Source: a virus (lineage: Duplodnaviria; Caudoviricetes). Taken from it: 30,022 bases of DNA. Shown here piece after piece: positions 27,201 to 30,022 of the stretch. The stretch spans positions 1-30,022 of the IMG/VR virus record IMGVR_UViG_3300046057_000065, one strand, 5' to 3'. Each line of letters starts with the position of its first letter. Position 1 is the stretch's first letter. The notes beneath the pieces were generated by a model. It was not told the DNA's origin and did no database searches. It saw only the letters and a list, made by a program, of their open reading frames with translations. A program made the position numbers and the translations under genes.

Positions 27201-28261
27201 GCGACAAGATCGCCGACGTGGTCGGCGTGGCCAGTATCAGTAAACTCCTGTGCCCAGCTCACGGTCTCGTCGACGAGCCCATCGTCGACATCGTCGATCG
27301 GGACGAACGGGTAGTCGGTGCTCCTGCTGGTGTTGGTATTGAGCGGATGGACGACGCCATCGATGCGCTTGTGGATCGACAGCGGCGCCTTATACTGGCG
27401 GTTCTTGTTGTTGACGTAGTCCGCCTCGAACAGGCCCTCTGCCTCTGGGATTGCCTCACGGACCTCTTCGTCGATGTCGGCGAGCCAGTCGTTCAGCCGA
27501 TCGGCGAGTTCAGCGAAGATCCGCTCACGAGCATCTTCGTCGAACTCCTCGGCGATTGGCAGCGTCGCTGCGGGCGCGCCCATGACGTAGGCACCACCGA
27601 CGGAGTCGAGTGCGAACACGGCATCACGGCCGCCCATGAGCTCGGCGAACGCGTCGATGTACTCGGCGAGAGCCTCCTCGACGATGGCCTGTTTCGCCTC
27701 AGGAAGCGGTCGCTCCTTGTGTTCGCTCTCGAGATCGATGTCAGCGAACGGGGCAAACGCCTGGATATCGCCGTACTCGGGAGTCGGCTTATCCTCGATC
27801 CAATCGGGGCCGTCGTCGGTTCTCGTAAATGCCGATTCGTCGTGGAACGCGTCGCTGTAGTTCGTCAGAGCGTAGAGGCTGCGGGCGTCCTCGTCGTCGC
27901 ATACGTTTGAGGTGATCGTGTAGAGATCTCGTTCGAGCGTTTTCACGCGCCCCCAACCGTCGATACCGTCTTCGAGATCAGCAATATCAGTGGCCGGCCG
28001 GCGCGTGTACCAGCCAGCGTTGCCACAGAAGGCGCCGGTCGGAATATCCTCGACCGACGCGAGCTCCTCGAGGACGGCGTCGACGTTCTGGTAGTGCTCT
28101 CTGACAGCTTCATCACCGGGGGTGTCCTCGGGAACTCCCGTGCTCGTTGTTCCGTCGACAGACTTCTCTTCCGTCCCGTCTGGCCGGCAGTTCAGGCAGA
28201 GATGCCCAGACCCAAAGCGTTCTAGGTCTTCAGTGCCTCCGCAGCGGAAGCACTCCGTCAT
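24278..28261 (-). CDS. Multidomain replication protein: Zn ribbon, AEP-like primase/polymerase, SF2-like helicase, HTH (about 1327 aa)
   Basis: CFRC..CLNC; FADIDL, DSVGGAY, RQYKAPLSIH (AEP-like); APTSLGKS, VIDEEP, QAAGRYAR (SF2 motifs I, II, VI); C-terminal TAREIAESVGCSKEHVRTTL. Confidence 0.8.
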   Translation of the reverse strand: MTECFRCGGTEDLERFGSGHLCLNCRPDGTEEKSVDGTTSTGVPEDTPGDEAVREHYQNVDAVLEELASVEDIPTGAFCGNAGWYTRRPATDIADLEDGIDGWGRVKTLERDLYTITSNVCDDEDARSLYALTNYSDAFHDESAFTRTDDGPDWIEDKPTPEYGDIQAFAPFADIDLESEHKERPLPEAKQAIVEEALAEYIDAFAELMGGRDAVFALDSVGGAYVMGAPAATLPIAEEFDEDARERIFAELADRLNDWLADIDEEVREAIPEAEGLFEADYVNNKNRQYKAPLSIHKRIDGVVHPLNTNTSRSTDYPFVPIDDVDDGLVDETVSWAQEFTDTGHADHVGDLVATLWPDEFQETGDWQAALERWVETQREQDRLQAARRAELETGEPVGTNTADDVNSGSTDNLDEIYRAVENLDAFEVAEKTIVHRWTENVSEAEDHSGDGKKAFIPLWGTNYESGNANYIDEKGTWVDTANGDHGTVVEMALIAAGGWTRGKIAKGADWFRGLEELRELGFAIPEYEPDSGGETEGSAQPTSALPLGQLEALDHHERKRAAKKRGLDWPSTREARDELFATITEVMRNQDTAVVDAPTSLGKSHTVATTPWNNDQTLDGITGNAPVVHLHATRDARDEAIEAAREADVDYFALQSRHEACDVAAGDYDPPATDADEELEYTPITMNGTAASEWLADMCEGRGIPFSAAHRRLEEHNDQGVDLPCCSGETTYDEEEGDFDETPSTCRAISQWESYRAVRDDVDVVFATHNFAHVPGLRLGTNLVIDEEPGFVEDLEKNRVERAVTAYLQAIDAPVTTWEAFIQLSLNDQYGTDAAAEREQLRDALHQEPPLEHYFEDDRAHTLAPALARAIFNAEERGNGRRFGKTPHEPPRLDAQAVDDDAWNREWVSVTLDDDNELRTVRSAPDFSQARSVVGLDAWPARPKWMVNVHPSIQIKDVLDSEERQLWRRFERGLRVVQVGDATRPLASGKYFNEGKAQALCEHLVDEYGDNFRTALTTKNVEDRLETLMQDAGCTQPDVMTYGSEKSRNDFAQERIGLVNGCLDPGDKFVVDLLAELDLDAEPTIVDCGHCEGTGTCDGHCEIDTCSTHDEGCDACDGTGEQRESGRTFSGPDADVAQEILASVRENHTAQAAGRYARDPGEDDSHATVFVRTDAMPAGLADVEVPGVEWVFTDTQREIVDALRSDAGTKTAREIAESVGCSKEHVRTTLKRLCDDEFGNPAVQAFEKAGDHGATVYADSGAPNAGVVDTTSQLTTNDHVLDSYTWSLAIRDPTVSTEHEETATTESGGGEWDWQSAASTGDPPSD

Positions 28262-28389
28262 GCTGGCCCCCCAGTAGTTTCCTCGCCGATTTTGCGGTGC
28301 TGCTCGCACTCAGGACACCACAGAACGCCATATCTGGGCGAGGGCATCAGAATGGTGTCGCACTCCTCGCACCGTTCGATGTCCGTCAC
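28258..28389 (-). CDS. 43-aa zinc-finger microprotein (not in ORF track)
   Basis: MTDIERCEECDTILMPSPRYGVLWCPECEQHRKIGEETTGGPA*; GTGA overlap upstream and ATGA overlap with the replicase start. Confidence 0.8.
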   Translation of the reverse strand: MTDIERCEECDTILMPSPRYGVLWCPECEQHRKIGEETTGGPA

Positions 28390-28871
28390 GCCGACTCACC
28401 TCTCGGGTTCTGGAGGATTTTAAAGATCGCCGTCCAGGAGATCTGACGGTACTGGTCAGCTGACCGACCACCGTCACCGGCGTCCCACCAGTCACCGTCG
28501 ATGATTACGTCGATGGTCCGGGCGTCGACGAGCGCCATCCGCAGCACGCGCTCGGTGTTGCGCTCGACGACCGCGAGGACGTAGACGCCCTCGGCGTCGA
28601 CGAGCTTCTCGTGGTTCTCGCGACGGATCCACCAGCGCCCGGCGCGATCGTCGTAGTCGGGATAGCACGACTTTACCTCCGCGAGGGTCCCTGCCTCGAC
28701 GACCGGGACGCTCGAGAGCTCGATCTCGACGTCGGCGATGAACTCCAGATCGTACCAGCTATCGCGCTCGTCGCGATCTTCGGCGACGGGGTCGAGCGGC
28801 CACCGCTCGCAGGCGGCGTCCTCGACGTCGAGGCCGCGCTCGCGGTTCTTCGCGACCGTCACGCCAGACAC
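28386..28871 (-). CDS. PD-(D/E)xK nuclease-fold protein (resolvase-like)
   Basis: G.DVE ... WYD ... AEVKSC catalytic pattern. Confidence 0.7.
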   Translation of the reverse strand: MSGVTVAKNRERGLDVEDAACERWPLDPVAEDRDERDSWYDLEFIADVEIELSSVPVVEAGTLAEVKSCYPDYDDRAGRWWIRRENHEKLVDAEGVYVLAVVERNTERVLRMALVDARTIDVIIDGDWWDAGDGGRSADQYRQISWTAIFKILQNPRGESA

Positions 28872-28909
28872 CCCCGAGACGCCGCAGTCGATATCGCATC
28901 ATGTACTAT

Positions 28910-28989
28910 ATCCTTGTCAGGAGTACGTAGAGCGAGAACCGCCGAGACTGGCGGCTCTCGAACCTGTTGGGCTTGGGTATGACAAGGAT
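28910..28989. repeat. Nested inverted repeats at the tRNA-provirus junction
   Basis: ATCCTTGTCA (28910-28919) / TGACAAGGAT (28980-28989) perfect 10-bp IR around an 11-bp stem hairpin (28933-28960). Confidence 0.85.
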
Positions 28990-28997
28990 TTGATGAG

Positions 28998-29147
28998 TGC
29001 CCGGGGAGGGCTCCGAACCCTCGATCTCCGCATGTCCCAGGTTCGAGGCTCGGCAGTCCTCGTACGGACATGAGAGGCTTCCAAGGTACCGCACCGAATC
29101 TCTGAACCCTATGAGTGCGGCGCTATGTCCAGCTAAGCCACCCGGGC
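28998..29147 (-). tRNA. tRNA-Met(CAU), elongator type, with 76-nt intron (29034-29109)
   Basis: GCCCGGG/CCCGGGC acceptor stem, CCGCA-CUCAUA^A-UGCGG anticodon arm, GGUUCGGAGCC T-arm; bulge-helix-bulge motif (CUCA/UGGG helix, UAG and ACA bulges) at position 37/38; CCA not encoded. Confidence 0.96.
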
Positions 29148-29275
29148 TCGACTCGCAGTTGTCGGGTGATTACCTTGAACCTTCTCATCTTCCGCGACCC
29201 CGTGTGGGAATCACCTGCAGACGGGAGTGAGAAAACGGCCCGCGGTTTTAAGCCACGGGGGAGAAAGATTGGACC

Positions 29276-30022
29276 ATGAGCGTACCCGGTGTAGTCGAAT
29301 CGACACTCGGCGACGAGTCGGTGGCCGCAGAGGTACCGCTCGGCGGCGAGGACGTGCTGTATATCACGCCGACGAGAACGATGATCTACCGGGCCGAAGG
29401 CCTGTTGAGTGACGAATCTGTCGAGGAGTATCCACACGACGCGGAGCGACTGACTCTCAAAGAAGGTCGACGCAAGACGCGGTTCAGCCTGGAGTATCCC
29501 CTGGAGGGGACTAAGGAGTTCACCATTCCTTCGAACCGGACGGAGCAGGCCGTCCACCCGGTGCTGGCCGGTATCATGAACGCCAGCGGCGTCACCGACA
29601 CCGGCGAGACGGTCGTCAAGACCTACCGGTTCAGCGAGATGACGCTCGCCATCACCAGCGAGCGCCTCGTCAAACACGTCGGCGAAGTCGTCTGGGACGA
29701 GGACTACGAGGAGTACCACTACGCGGACGTGACCGGGTTGACGTTCGAGGAGGGGAGCGTCGCCACCCAGATCGTCCTGGAAGTCGACGGCCGCCAGCAG
29801 CGGATCAAGGCACCCAAAGAACACGCCCGCGAGGTCCGCGAACGTCTGACCCAGGCGCTGTGTTCCTACTACGACGTCACCTCGATGGACGCGCTGCTCG
29901 CGGCGGTCGCACCCGACGAAGACGTCGAAGAGGAGCCGGCCGAAGAGACCGGCAGCGACGTGTTCGGCGAAGGCGTGGATCCGCTCGACGCCAACCCCCC
30001 GGTTCCCGACGACGAGACGGGT
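29276..30022 (+). CDS. Conserved haloarchaeal host protein (MSVPGVVESTLGDE..., DUF7115-like), truncated by the window end
   Basis: Open frame from ATG 29276 to the end (absent from the track because it has no stop); TTTTAAG TATA at 29246-29252; family name from memory. Confidence 0.85.
   Translation, partial: MSVPGVVESTLGDESVAAEVPLGGEDVLYITPTRTMIYRAEGLLSDESVEEYPHDAERLTLKEGRRKTRFSLEYPLEGTKEFTIPSNRTEQAVHPVLAGIMNASGVTDTGETVVKTYRFSEMTLAITSERLVKHVGEVVWDEDYEEYHYADVTGLTFEEGSVATQIVLEVDGRQQRIKAPKEHAREVRERLTQALCSYYDVTSMDALLAAVAPDEDVEEEPAEETGSDVFGEGVDPLDANPPVPDDETG

Larger units (their letters stand above)
1..28997 (-). mobile_element. Integrated haloarchaeal tailed provirus (siphovirus-like Caudoviricetes); left boundary lies outside the window
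   Basis: Complete, co-oriented and mostly translationally coupled terminase-portal-protease-capsid-neck-tail-tape measure-fibre gene order. No sheath gene recognised. Has its own replication module and abuts a tRNA 3' end. Integrase and second att copy not seen. Confidence 0.92.

Noticed and set aside
24278-28261. Intein as explanation for the replicase length
   Set aside because: No Cys/Ser...His-Asn splice junctions or LAGLIDADG motifs recognised.
28262-28309. Track start of the 1343-aa ORF (and similar 5' extensions at 21706, 17448, 13922, 12873)
   Set aside because: Extensions overlap upstream genes and lack halophile-like composition; downstream ATGs that overlap upstream stops are more credible.
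28386-28871. Nuclease as part of a restriction-modification or defence system
   Set aside because: No methyltransferase or partner gene in the window; its context is the replication operon.

Overview
High-GC haloarchaeal sequence (very acidic proteins, intron-containing tRNA-Met). Almost the whole window (about 1-28990) is an apparently intact siphovirus-type provirus lying directly downstream of the host elongator tRNA-Met gene (28998-29147, minus strand). A conserved host gene starts divergently at 29276. Reading away from the tRNA on the minus strand, the modules are: (1) replication: PD-(D/E)xK nuclease, Zn-finger microprotein, a ~1327-aa primase-helicase fusion, wHTH; (2) a Cys-rich gene plus three small membrane-protein genes; (3) packaging and head: terS, terL, portal, gp7-like protein, XkdF-type protease/scaffold, HK97-type capsid; (4) neck and tail: connectors, tail tube, chaperone with a GGGAAAC -1 frameshift, tape measure, hub, fibre; (5) a lower-GC cargo island; (6) a divergent HTH / SWIM-finger early region that runs out of the window. 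No integrase or second att site is visible. The most unusual signals are a CARDB/Ig-like domain split between two adjacent tail genes (with a second orphan half-domain), the fused replicase architecture, a membrane-protein trio where lysis genes would be expected, and several structured non-coding elements. All functional calls come from motif recognition by eye and gene order, not database searches.
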